Positions 42,901-54,290 of a stretch of DNA of 64,000 nt are shown piece after piece. This DNA is from Psilocybe cubensis. Its lineage: Eukaryota. A model generated the notes under the pieces. That model was not told the origin of the DNA. It saw only the letters and a program-made list of their open reading frames with translations, and made no database searches. Where the stretch lies: assembly GCA_017499595.2 (NCBI GenBank), contig CM039004.1, positions 992,001 through 1,056,000 of the forward strand. Reading direction: 5' to 3'. Numbering within the stretch: the stretch's first letter is position 1; each line of letters begins with the position of its first letter. The position numbers and the translations under genes were made by a program.

Positions 42901-44621
42901 TACCTCGTTCGTGTCCCTCGATGTTGAAGATTATCTTGCAAGGGACAAAGAAGCCTTTTTTGAAGCCCTTCTACTCTCAGTCAGGAGCGAGCACAGACGA
43001 AACCCCAATTCTCCAAATTACGATCTCAAAATCCCACCTGCAAATTATGTCGAGGCAATGCAACGTCCAGATGCAGATCAATGGAGAAATGTCATCCAGA
43101 AAGAACTCGACATGTTCAAATCAATGAATGTATACGTTGACGAAGAACTTCCACTAGGCGAACATACGATTGGGTGTCGTTGGGTCTTTGAGTTTAAAAT
43201 CGACGATAATGGACAACTGATATACAAAGCCAGACTTGTTGCGCAGGGCTTTTCTCAAAAGTATCTCATCGATTATCACGAAACTTTCGCACCTGTGTCA
43301 AAATCTGTCAGCACCCGCGCCATAGTGGTACATGCAACACTGAACGGATGGCATATCGAATGCTTTGACGCCACGAGAGCCTTCCTGTGGGGGGATTTAA
43401 CGGAGGTGATTTACATGAAATGTCCTTCGGGGTATTCTTCACCATTCCCGAAGGGTGTCTGGAGACTAAAGAAGTCACTGTATGGGTTGAAACAGGCAAG
43501 TAATGTGTGGTATGTCCTCATCCGTTCAACGCTGCAGAACATTGGCTTCAAACGGTCGGAAAAGGATCACGCCACCTTTATTTTTGAAGGAGTATGGAAT
43601 GGGGAACAGGTCAAGTGCTGGCTATGTATTCATGTCGATGACGGTTTAGGGGCGTCCAATTCCAAGATGTTTCTTGATCACACCAAATCCGAAGTCAACA
43701 AGCGTTTTGGCATCAAGGATCTTGGTCCATTGCGATCTTACCTAGGAGTGCAGTACGAGCGGAACATGGATACTCGTGAACTCTGGATTCATCAAACTCC
43801 CTACATTGAGAGCGTCCTCGATGAATACGGTCTCCTCAATTGTAGTCCCGTTTCAACACCACTCGATGCCAACAACGTATTTGGCCGTGACGACGACGTC
43901 TTCCCAGAGATTCCAGACATTAAAATCACCTTCCAGCGTCTCATCGGCTCTCTCCTTTTTATTCAACGACACTCCCCGCCCTGACATTTTGATAGCCGTC
44001 CTGCTTTTGTCTCAACACGCATCAAATCCCCAACCAAAGCACTTCGCTACAGCCAAACGTGTACTTTGATACTTGAGTGGTACTCGCAATTATCGCTTAT
44101 ACTACGGTGGAAAAATGGCATCGCACCGCTTACAGGGTTACTCTGATGCTGACTGGGCTGGCAATAAGGACTCGCGTGCATCCATTTCAGGTTTTGTATG
44201 GATGATTGCTGGAGGGCCGCTGAGCTGGTCTTCTAAAACTCAGACCTGCATAGCCACAAGCTCCACGGAATCTGAATACATTGCGCTAACGCGAACTGTA
44301 CAGGAAGGGTTGTGGTTATCATCCTCGCTTTTGTGTCTTCGCATCGATTGCCCAAATCCGCTAGTGGTCGCCACCAACAACGAGGGAGCCAAATCTCTGT
44401 GCGAAAACGATTCATCCCATTCGAAAGCAAAACATATCGACATCAGATATCACTTCATTCGATCCCACATTGAATCAAAATCTTTCAGCATCCTTCACAT
44501 CCCAGGAAAAGAAAATCCGGCAGACATACTCACCAAATCTCTTCAACGAGTCAAGTTTCTCGAAGGTGTCACCAGACTTGGACTTATTGATCCTAAAGCG
44601 GTTAAGGAGGCGATGCGTTGA
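39941..44621 (+). pseudogene. Copia gag-pol polyprotein, interrupted
   Basis: Contains the zinc knuckle CTNCRNRSHDKDHC, protease LLDSGATSH, integrase D(ADTCGP)-D(RCDGGPE)-E(NGEIER), RT YKARLVAQG/KSLYGLKQ/HVDD and RNase H YSDADW/SSTESEY/KHIDIRYH. Lesions are TAG 42212-42214, a +1 frameshift in the C-run 43974-43977 and TGA 44067-44069. Confidence 0.93.
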
Positions 44622-44628
44622 GGGGGCG
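44620..44628 (+). other. Polypurine tract
   Basis: GAGGGGGCG lies immediately before the 3' LTR. Confidence 0.75.
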
Positions 44629-45021
44629 TGTTGGAATACGGACTTGACATTCACTCACTCTTTTATTTCCACCTTTCTTTTCCTTTCCATTTTTATACCA
44701 TAACTTTCCTCATTCGACATTCGGGACATTGGGCCCGAAAGCCCCTGTTCATTCATGAATCCAGTAGTCCTCCTTCCTATTGCGTTCAACGCATCACCTT
44801 CCATATCCCTCATCAACTTCTGTAGCTACGAGAGGCTCACATATACGGACCAGTTCTGTTCTTAGTACCTCAGTCTTTCTTCCCTTCGACTGAGGTACAT
44901 TTACTTTTCCATTGTTCGTACAGAGTAGCTAACGTAGTCTACAGGCTTACCGTGTCATTAGGTTAACAATATAGTCTTTCTTCCCTTCGACTGAGGCTTA
45001 CCGTGTCATTAGTTTTCTTCA
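44629..45021 (+). repeat. 3' LTR (393 bp)
   Basis: Direct repeat of 39417-39809, followed by the TSD CCGAC. Confidence 0.97.
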
Positions 45022-45295
45022 CCGACATGCTATTGAATCTCCATGTCTGACATATCTGGGCGTCAGAAATATCTTGGACCTTCCTTATGAGATTCTTCGT
45101 GGAACAAAAGTAAAAGTTTTGAGTTGGAACCTGGATGATAATATACTGCGGAGCCACCCTCGGGATCCGGTAGATTGGTCTCCATTTTCAGCTTCTTCAA
45201 GTTATTTGCCCTACCCGGATATCGAATACCTTGATACAAATTGCTTGCACACGCTACCTGAAAATCCCGCTCATAAGTCCATAGAAGGGTTGAAA

Positions 45296-46074
45296 CAAGG
45301 GGGTGCCGGTGTTCAAAATTCGGACACCACCTAGGTAGGTAGGTTGGCCGATCAGCCCCGAAAAAAAAAAATGTACCATATTTTTTTGTTTAATTTTTGA
45401 GGAATTTCACGGTCCAAAGTTGTCTGTGATCAAGTTTAGAGCATTTTGGACTGTATTTCATAGACAAATTATGTTTTTTAAACAAACACAATACCAATCT
45501 CGTTGAAATTCAGGTTAAAATCTTCATGATAGGTGGCCGGGCTTCAAGCAACACAGATATTTGACCTGATTTTGACTGAGATCATTGATTTACCATCTGG
45601 ACGACTGCTCAATCTGGCGGATGGGTACGCAATCTGCCCTGACTTGCCAAAAGGCTATTAAGTGTGGTCCTGGAGGATCAAAGAACCTAAATCTACGCCA
45701 TCGAGGAACAGCCAAATGTAAAGCTGCAGCAGCAAAGCTATCCACAAAGCCCAAGTTGAAGGACTCGTCACTCAAAGGTTTTTTTATGAAACGAGGACCA
45801 GCATTAGTCCGTGTACCTACTACAACAACTCTTCCAGTAATCCTACCCAAAGACACTCCACTTTGCGAGACCACAACAACCGACAATGTTCCGAGCCAGC
45901 CGCCCCTCTGTAACCCCAGAACCCGAACTTTTCAATGTCTTGGCCCTTGGCAATTCCCATTTTAGGCGATTTTTGATCATTATGTAATGGTCACGAGGTA
46001 GGTAGGTTGCCCAAATTACCGCGACATAAAAAATATGAGGTCGTGTTTTTTTTTTGAACCCCGGCACCCCCTTG
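45296..46074. mobile_element. Non-autonomous TIR DNA transposon, 779 bp with an 8-bp TSD (hAT- or P-like)
   Basis: The 23-bp TIRs are CAAGGGGGTGCCGGTGTTCAAAA and TTTTGAACCCCGGCACCCCCTTG (1 mismatch). The TSD GGTTGAAA is at 45288-45295 and 46075-46082. AGGTAGGTAGGTTG occurs near both ends. Confidence 0.92.
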
Positions 46075-48191
46075 GGTTGAAAGGACTTGCAGTTAGCGAA
46101 CATTATGATGGCAATCCTGTCAGCATCTTCAAAAAGATTGTTCCCATCTGCGGGTTATCAATCAGGCTACTAGAAGTAAGCTTCAACTTCGGTGAGTTAG
46201 AGTCATGTTACATAGATATTGCTTCGACTTATCCTTTTTATGCCCAAGGTTTACTTGACTTTAGGAATGTGCGATTAAGCGCAACCCCAAATCTCCAACT
46301 ATTTATCCTACATCAGAAAGGTCCGATGTCTTCTTCAATCAACGGCATTCCGCATTTTGACCTCGAAAGTTTGGCTGAACTTCTCGACGTGGAAAAAGAA
46401 ATGACCCAACTCGCGGAGATCCGATTATATCTTTCCGTTGCAGTGAGCAATCACGGACCCATAAACAATCCGGCATGGGGTACCATCAGCTACCTGCTAT
46501 CCTCCAAGTATCCTAAAAAATATCTGGACGCGCAATTTTCCCAATTCGTTGAAAACAATCAAATCGCCTTCGATATTGATTTTGATTGCGACATAGAATC
46601 AGTTTATTGATTCCATTGATCCTTCAGGAAGGAGGGAGGAGTCTTAGTGGCTTGAACTATGATTTTTGTAAAGGAACTGTGATTTTTTTCGATTTAAAGC
46701 GCGACATTATACAGCTGAGACGCACCCTGGACGTATTTTAATCGCGTCACGCCATGTTAAAGTTCTTCCAGGAGAGACTATCCTGAACGAAACCCCTAAG
46801 AAGTTCAACGCGTCAATTTAGAAAATCACATGACCGTATGCATCCCTTCGACGCTGGACGATCATCGATGTGCAAACATTAAACTCCACTTGAAATTCAC
46901 CACACAAAACTGCGCAATACCTGTGGCAAGGTAGCTATTTGGGGTATCATTTATAAATAATATACAGAGCGGCTGGGTTTTGTTCTCTATGTAGCCTATA
47001 ACAAAAAAGAGAAAAGAAGAAGACAAAAAGAAAACGAGCTGCAGTGGCCGTGACGAGAGTGCAGTCCTGGGCGTGGACTCGAGACCCGCCACCCATCTCC
47101 ATGCCAGATTCCTACTACAGAAGGCGGGGAATATATGGATAATTGTCCAATTTCGAACGACTTCTACAGAAGTAGAATGGCGAGGTCCCAGATGAAAGAA
47201 TACGAGTATGTATCATCAAAGGGTGGAGGAGATTGTTGAATGGCAATGTTGGTCTGGAGAGAATGGATGAGATGACGTTGACGATGACGATGATGATGGT
47301 ATTGGATTGTGGTATGTATGGACGGATGCGTTGATGATAGACTGCCGAGGAAAGACACCGAAGCCAGAAGTGGACAACAACCAAACATAAAAGGGAAAAA
47401 AAGAAAGGAAAAGAAAAAAGAAAGAATCGGAGGGTATAATCGAAACGAAACAGAACACATGGGAATCATCTCGGTTACGCATACAGGTAGAGGTAGGCAG
47501 AGGTGAGGTTGAGTGTTGGTCAGGGAATCATTTTTCTGCCAAGGTATCCAACTAACGACGATGTGGAAGCTGCCAAACAAAAACAAAAAAAAAGGAAGAA
47601 CAGAGTTCTTGTGGTTTTATATATAGTTCTTTGTCTATGGAGGTGATGTAGAGAAACAAGCAGTTTGATAACACATGGTTGGTTGAGTGACGACGAGAGA
47701 GAAATAGAGAGAGAGAGAGAAAACGGATAGGGATATAGGATACACCGCCCCATCGGATTTTTTTATGCTTTAGAGGAGGAGGGGGGGATCATTTCCAACG
47801 AGAGGAAAGAAAAGACGAGTAAAGACCGAGGACGAAAAGCGAACGATGGCAATGAAACTGGCCGTGTAAATGTCCCAAAAAGTGTATATGTGTGTGTGAG
47901 AGAGAAAAAAGCAAAGATGCAGTCCGAGGCGGTGTAAACAACAGAGCAGAATGAAGCTAAAAGAGAAGAAAAAAAAGCAAGAGGACGACGAGAGAATATG
48001 TTTATCGGTTCCAAAGTTTGTTTTGAGCATATGGGCATATGTTTTTTTGGCATAGTAGTGGCCGCCTTCAAAGTGTAAAAGCAAAAAATGTGCGGCCCAT
48101 CATGTATCTTCCTGCGCGCCAGGACGACGAACAAGAAAGAGGGAGAAGAATCCATTGGCTTGGCCCAAGGTTATAAACGGGGGATTCATCA

Positions 48192-51100
48192 TCACCGTCC
48201 GTTCAAATCGCCATCAGCAGTGGTAATCGAAAGCAGCGGTGTGCTCGCGTTATTGTTCCTGGTCATTGTCCCAATGTTCGGGATACCTCTAGGGACCAAC
48301 CCGCTCCCACTCCTCGGCCTGCCGACACCGCCCTGCTGCCCAGGACCCCCGCCGCCCGACGAGAGCCCGCCCTGCTGCCACAACGCAGCACCATACCCCA
48401 GCGGTGCACTATCGCTCCGCGCTCGACTGGACTTCTTCGGCACAGTTAAGCTCGAGATACCGGGCCCTGTGCCAGATCCAGGCGACGACACGGACGACAT
48501 CAGCGATATCGAGTCTGACGAGTTGTTAATACCATTTGCGGTACCATTTTCATCAAGCCTCTGCCGCTTGGTGCTGCCACGCCCAGAGGGTATATTGTCC
48601 GACGAGCCATCGTCAAACAGTTCCATGGATATCGACCCAGGCGATGACGGCAATGGCGTCGAGGATGTGCTGTCCCCACGGAAGCCATTGACGTGTTGGA
48701 AGCTATGTTGCCGCGACAGTGCATGTCCATGATGCATATGCGATGGGAAATCTGCAGCAGTCGGACTTGAGTTTGGACTGTTGAGCGTGTGCATCGTGTG
48801 CATGTTCATGGAAAGGGGTGGTGGATACCGCGATGTCGACGTCGGCGAGGTGATGTAGATGTTCGGACTATCCGAGTCCAAAAGTTCCGATGGGAATTGT
48901 GGCAACACTATTCAGGGAGGTAAGAAAATAATGAACATTGTACAAATGTAAAAACCACTAACAGACTTGGCCGCCAGGATAGTTATTCTTCACAACTTCC
49001 CAAAGCCGACCAACAACGTTGACCAACTTCTCGACCTTACGCCGCTCAGCAGCAAGCTGATCCCACATTCTGATGTTATCCTCTCTCATCGAGTTAAGTT
49101 GCGCCGCAACCTGAACCAGTTGGTGTGAATCGAAGAAGAGAAAAAAAGAAAAAAAAATCATCAGTAAGTATCCAACGGATCCCCAATCCCAAACCAATAA
49201 CAAGAAAACCATAAAACACTCACTTCTCCTGGCAGCTCAACGCGATGCTTCATACCCGGATCAGGTTCGAGTGCCTTGCGCTTGATCTCGTCCAAGAGAT
49301 CCTGACGTCCACGAAGGAATTTGCTGTGCGAAAACTCCCACGTCTGTGCGTCCGTCGATGTCCTTTGGGCTCGAGGTGTCTAACGAATGAAAATAAGCGG
49401 TCAAAAAAATGAGGTCAGGTAAAAGGTGGCAGGAAAGCCTACCCTGTTGATTTTATGGAACCCATACATATTGAGTTGCCGCACAAAACTCGAAAACTGC
49501 GTACAAAAAAATGCATCAGTCAAAGGTTCATTAAAGAACAAGCACAGCGCATGAAAAGAAACAAAGCGTACGTTATTGTGCTTGAAATGGGAGCCCAAGA
49601 TGCTCCTGCTAAACTCTCCAACATTGGACACAACAAAGGACGTTCCAAGTTCAGTCCATGCGATGAACTGTGCAGATTTGGGATCGCTGATCATCCTATA
49701 GAGAGGGGTAAGACATGGGTTAGCATCGAGGTCACCTTAACCATTGTAGCTAGCGCATCATGAAGGCACAGCAAGGTAGGAAATTAGAAAGAAACAAACA
49801 GAAAAACAGAAAGAAAAAAAGGCGAAAAGCATAAACCAAAAAAAGCGAAAGAAGAGCAGAAAAAAAAATCAAATTCCAAGAAAGGACCCATCCATCCCTT
49901 CATCGCGCCACAGCGACATCGCAGAAGCAGCCGTCACACATACGAACGAAAGAAAAGTTCTTCGAGCACGCATTCCAATTTCCATGCAACGCCGACGACG
50001 CAGAGAAAAATACTTTTTCTCGCCTCGCCAAAAAAGATCTGCCCATCTCCATGGAAACCGCCCCGGGATGATGATGATAGATGGATGGATGGACGGATGT
50101 GGATGGGACGAATGATTCGTGAGCTCTATCTCTCCGTCCAGAAAAAGCATGACCATAACATAACGCTCCTTCTCCCCACCGGCAGTCGAGGGCAAAAAGA
50201 AAAATTATGCACGAATAACCACACCCTTTCAACCTCTTCATCCGTCACCGGCGTGGACCACGACGAACGGAGCATGGGTACCCGCTCAGCGTACACACGC
50301 ACACACACAGAGGGGTGCACCTGACCCCTCCAATCCCAACGCAGACGTTTCCTGTGCCCTCCAAAGACGGAAAAAGGGACGGCTATTCGACAGATGCAAA
50401 AAGATGCGAATTATCGGTCCGTTGCAATACACGGAAAGAATAGGCCTATATGCACACTTGGATTGGTCCGGGGAGTCGGAGACAGGCAAGAGAGCGAGAA
50501 GGGGGGTGGGTGGAAAGGAATGAAAATGGGTGTAGGTGGGGCATACGTATGTTGACGACGACGGATTGGGATGTACAGTGTATATACATTGACTTTTTTC
50601 GGAGGCTTTTTAATCGTTCGTTTCGGTTTCGGTTTTGAGCCAGCGGACGCATGACGGATCTCCACTTCATTATAAAAAGGAATGGACAATAAGCTATGAG
50701 CAAGCGAGAAGCAAGCAAGCAAAAAGTTTAACATTAACAAAACGTCCTTGTCTTGTCCTTGTCGAAAAGGTAAGTAGATGGTGTCTTGGAGTCATCGCAG
50801 AAGATCAGCGCGTAGGCAGAGGTCGTAGCAGCGCGTCACAAGACCAGATCCTCATCATCCAGTGACACCAACCCCCATATACCCCACCTCATCCCAACAA
50901 AGTACCGAGAACCGCAAAGACCACGAGCACGAAGAGCACGAGATTAGATTCGCCATATTTTACCCACTTTTCCACACTGTTTCGAAACAAAAGCACCCGA
51001 GCCGAAAAAGAAGGGCGAAAGAAGAAAGTCCACTGTCCGAGTGTTCTGGATCCTCTTCCCCGCAATTAATCAAAACCTTGATTTCATGTTACGCTGTTGG

Positions 51101-54100
51101 CGGATGGCCCCGTTGACTGGTTGGCTAGTAAGACGATGGGTGTGCGACCGTTTCCTGATAGATAGATACGGACGGGTACAGATACAGATATAGACGGCCA
51201 CCGTCCGCGAGGAAAGGAAAGGTAATCAGGAAAGACAAGAAAAGGAAAACAAGCACGCGTCAAACGCAACATTTTTCCCTCTTCCAACCATCAAGGGATG
51301 AGACGCAAGTGGCAAACTTCGGGGGCGAGTGGTAAGGGGAGAGGGTATCTTTGATGTCAAGTGTATCCTATTTCGACCTGTCTTTGAGAGGAGGGGCGGT
51401 CCGTCCGTGAATACGGATGTCCTTCCTTCCCTTCCCTTCCTTCTCTTGGATACATTGGTATCTAACCCATGGAGATGTAGCTGGAGGTGTGCGTGGGTCG
51501 CATCCAAAAGGCCGCACCTTTGGCCAAAGTCAGAGTCGACCTCTCTTCCTTCTGTCTTCATATCTTCTCGCGTGAAGGCCAGCAAAAACACCCGAACGGA
51601 TACGTCCCATGGACAATACGAAACACAATGCAACACATTGTCAGCCCAAAAAAGGCATCCGTAAACACAGTGTCGTGCTTATAACTGTGGGCAAAAAGGA
51701 AGACCCTCGGAAAGGGAAGGACCGACAAATGAATGGATGGATGTATGGCGAGAAAGGCAGCAGGCGACCGAGACGACCAAAGCAGGATGAGACCAGACCA
51801 GGTATAGACATGGAAGATGCAGATGGATACGGACAAAAATGCTTGAAGGAACGGGGAAAAGGAGCCTCAACCATTGAAAAGGACAACATGGCATCCAGGG
51901 GGAAGAAAGGAGGTGATTTACATCGCCACCACCCCAGCCTCCTATATTACCCCGCGTTCGTACCCCATACCCCACATCACGAGCGAGCGAGCGGGCGCAC
52001 GGACACAGGGCGCTAGCTATTGAATTGCGCTCCACGACAACTGATTGTCACTCGCTCGCTTGTTTTTCGGTGTCGTGCGTATACTTGCATGCAATTTCGT
52101 TGTCGTCATGTTCAATGATGCCGGGCCCGAGGGGGCGTGTATTGATGAGTTGGTCAGAAACCGAAGCAACTTTTCCCTGCCCTGCCTGTCAAATAAACAA
52201 CGACTCTGTCGTCCGTTTCCGAGGGATACTAATGTGGGTGTGGTGTGAAGTATAAAAGGTGAGCGCATGTTCTGAAATTTTCATCCCGTGTTACGCCTAT
52301 AGCTTGCATCCATAATCCGTGAATTTTTGAAGCCTTGTGATATCGTCCACGACGCAGCCCCTAAGAAGCCTTCCCCAATACTACCCTCGCAGGTCCTCGT
52401 TCGCATGTGGCCCGGCTTTCGCCTTTTTCAGCACGCGTGGATGCAGCGTCGACGAGAGTCCGAAATCGACGCCGCAAGCAGGCTAGAACGCGAGGCATTG
52501 ATGGATGTGATGACGTATGTCTGGTGCTAGTTTGGTCCGCCGGTTCGCCTCACCAGCGGTTGCGAGTGAAGACGCAGATAGCCTCTCCCTAATTGAACGC
52601 GATACGATGCGGCGCGGTGGTATGAAAGTGGGCTAAAACCAGTCCATCGCCGAACAGAACGAAAAAAAATGTGCATGAAAAGAGCAAGCAACAGCCACGG
52701 TTAAGGCGGAGCCAAAGCGCACGAATACATCCATAGACGGGAAGATTCTTTCCCAATCCAATCTGCATCGCGGCCCCTCAACGTTTGATCAGGGTCCTCG
52801 CACATAACCACTAAACCTCCATTTGTCCGACAAGCCCCTATATAGTGCATGGCGCATACGCATACATCCACCACGTTCGCAGGACGGGCGCAAAAAAGAA
52901 ACCAGGGCCAGAAAAAAAAGGCATGCGCATGTCTGGGCGGGTAGGTATACTATGCACCACACGAAGCGAGGCTCGTGGTCGTGGTTCGATCATAATCGAC
53001 AACCAACAACGGAAGGCAGGGTCCGTAAAAATAAACGAAGCCATCCATCCCCGGAGGGTACAATTTAAATCCGCGCGGGTACGCATATAAACACCAGTGC
53101 GGAAGCAAATCAAAAAAAGGTCGAAAAGGAATAAACGGGGTCCATAAAAAGAGACGGAACAGAAAAAACGAAAATGAACGGAGAAAAAAAAAGAGAAAGG
53201 AAGAAATAGAACAGGAAAAAGTACGCAGAAAGACAAAGAGAGAGAGATAAACGTACTGATAGAGCTTGGTGACAAAATTGTTTGTCGCGATTGGCTTGCC
53301 TAGGATGTTCATCGTCCCTCCAACGCCCCCGCCTCCACTGCCGATAATGCCAAAGGACTCCTCTGCCCCGCTTGTGCTCCCACTGCCGTCAACAGGGCTG
53401 CCGCCACTGCCTCCTGCGCCAGGACCGGGCCGCGCGCATCCCTCATACCCGTTGCGCACGTCCAGATCGTCGTAAGACGCTGCGGATGCCAGCTCCATGG
53501 CCGAGTCCCGCGCCTCGTCATCGTACATGCCCTCTTCGACGAGCGGTGGGTTGACGTTCACGTTGATGCTGAGACCACCTGACTGACCAGCGGCTGCACT
53601 GGGAGGACCACCGTTACTGTTCTTGACTGCACTGCTGTTGGCACCGTTTGGGTTTGCAGAGAAGCTGCGTTTGCGAGGGAGCTGGGAGGCAGATGCGCCC
53701 GAGGAAGAGGACCGCGAGGGTGCAGGAGTGCGGCGTGTGTCGTAGCCTGCTGATGAGCCTGGAGGTGGGGCCTGGTCGTCGTAGTGGTGGGGACTCTGCT
53801 GGCCAGATGCGCCCTGGCTGGGATCATAGGAGAAGGGCGAGGTCTGGATATGATGGGGGTGGCTGTGGGCGTGGACGCCGTGGAGATGGTGATGCTGCTG
53901 CTGGGAGCCTGCGAAAGGGTTGGTGGACGGACTGATGGGGGTCGCTGGGGAGAGCGCCGCCGCCGCCACTGCAGAAGGGCCGTTGATGGGGGAGAGATTG
54001 GTGGGGGACGCCACACTGAGGGAAGAGAGATTGAGGGAGAGGGAGGACGTGGCTCTGTTCATGGGGTCAGCGCCCTGGGCCCTGTCTGGCTGTTGCTGCT

Positions 54101-54290
54101 GCTGTTGCTGCTGTTGCTGCTGCTGGGCGACATGGGCCTGAGCCTGTGTCTGGAAGAATGGGGGATAGTGGTGGCCGTGGTCGCTGCCTGGCGGTGAGGG
54201 GAAGGAGGACTGGGGATGCGGGGGCAGGAGATGGCTGGGCCAGTGCTGGCGCTGAGAGTAGTCTGTAGAGTAGCTGTCCATGTGTGCCAT
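48192..54290 (-). CDS. HSF-type DNA-binding transcription factor
   Basis: The spliced DBD reads NNFVTKLYQ|MISDP..IAWTELGTSFVV..HFKHNN|FSSFVRQLNMYGFHKINR..WEFSH..FLRGR. A coiled coil (MREDNIRMWDQL) follows. The N-terminus is Q/S/H-rich and the first intron spans 53256-49696. Confidence 0.9.
54091..54126 (-). repeat. CAG/CAA polyglutamine tract in HSF exon 1
   Basis: (TGC/TGT)n on the + strand encodes about 12 Gln on the - strand. Confidence 0.85.

Larger units (their letters stand above)
39417..45021 (+). mobile_element. Full-length Ty1/Copia LTR retrotransposon with a defective pol
   Basis: Two 393-bp TG...CA LTRs with a 5-bp TSD CCGAC (39412-39416 and 45022-45026). PBS and PPT are present. 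Domain order is gag-PR-IN-RT-RH. Confidence 0.97.
38852..46610 (+). pseudogene. Host gene of unknown function (F-box-like N-terminus) disrupted by two transposon insertions
   Basis: Removing both elements and one copy of each TSD joins 38852-39416, 45027-45295 and 46083-46610 into 1,362 nt, an open 453-aa frame (..QTAFR|HAIES..IEGLK|GLAVS..). The N-terminus LPIDIMDTIID is F-box-like. Confidence 0.85.

Noticed and set aside
46862-53250. Many Phe/Leu/Ser- or Lys/Arg/Glu-rich ORFs in the HSF intron and downstream region
   Set aside because: Artefacts of low-complexity purine/pyrimidine skew.
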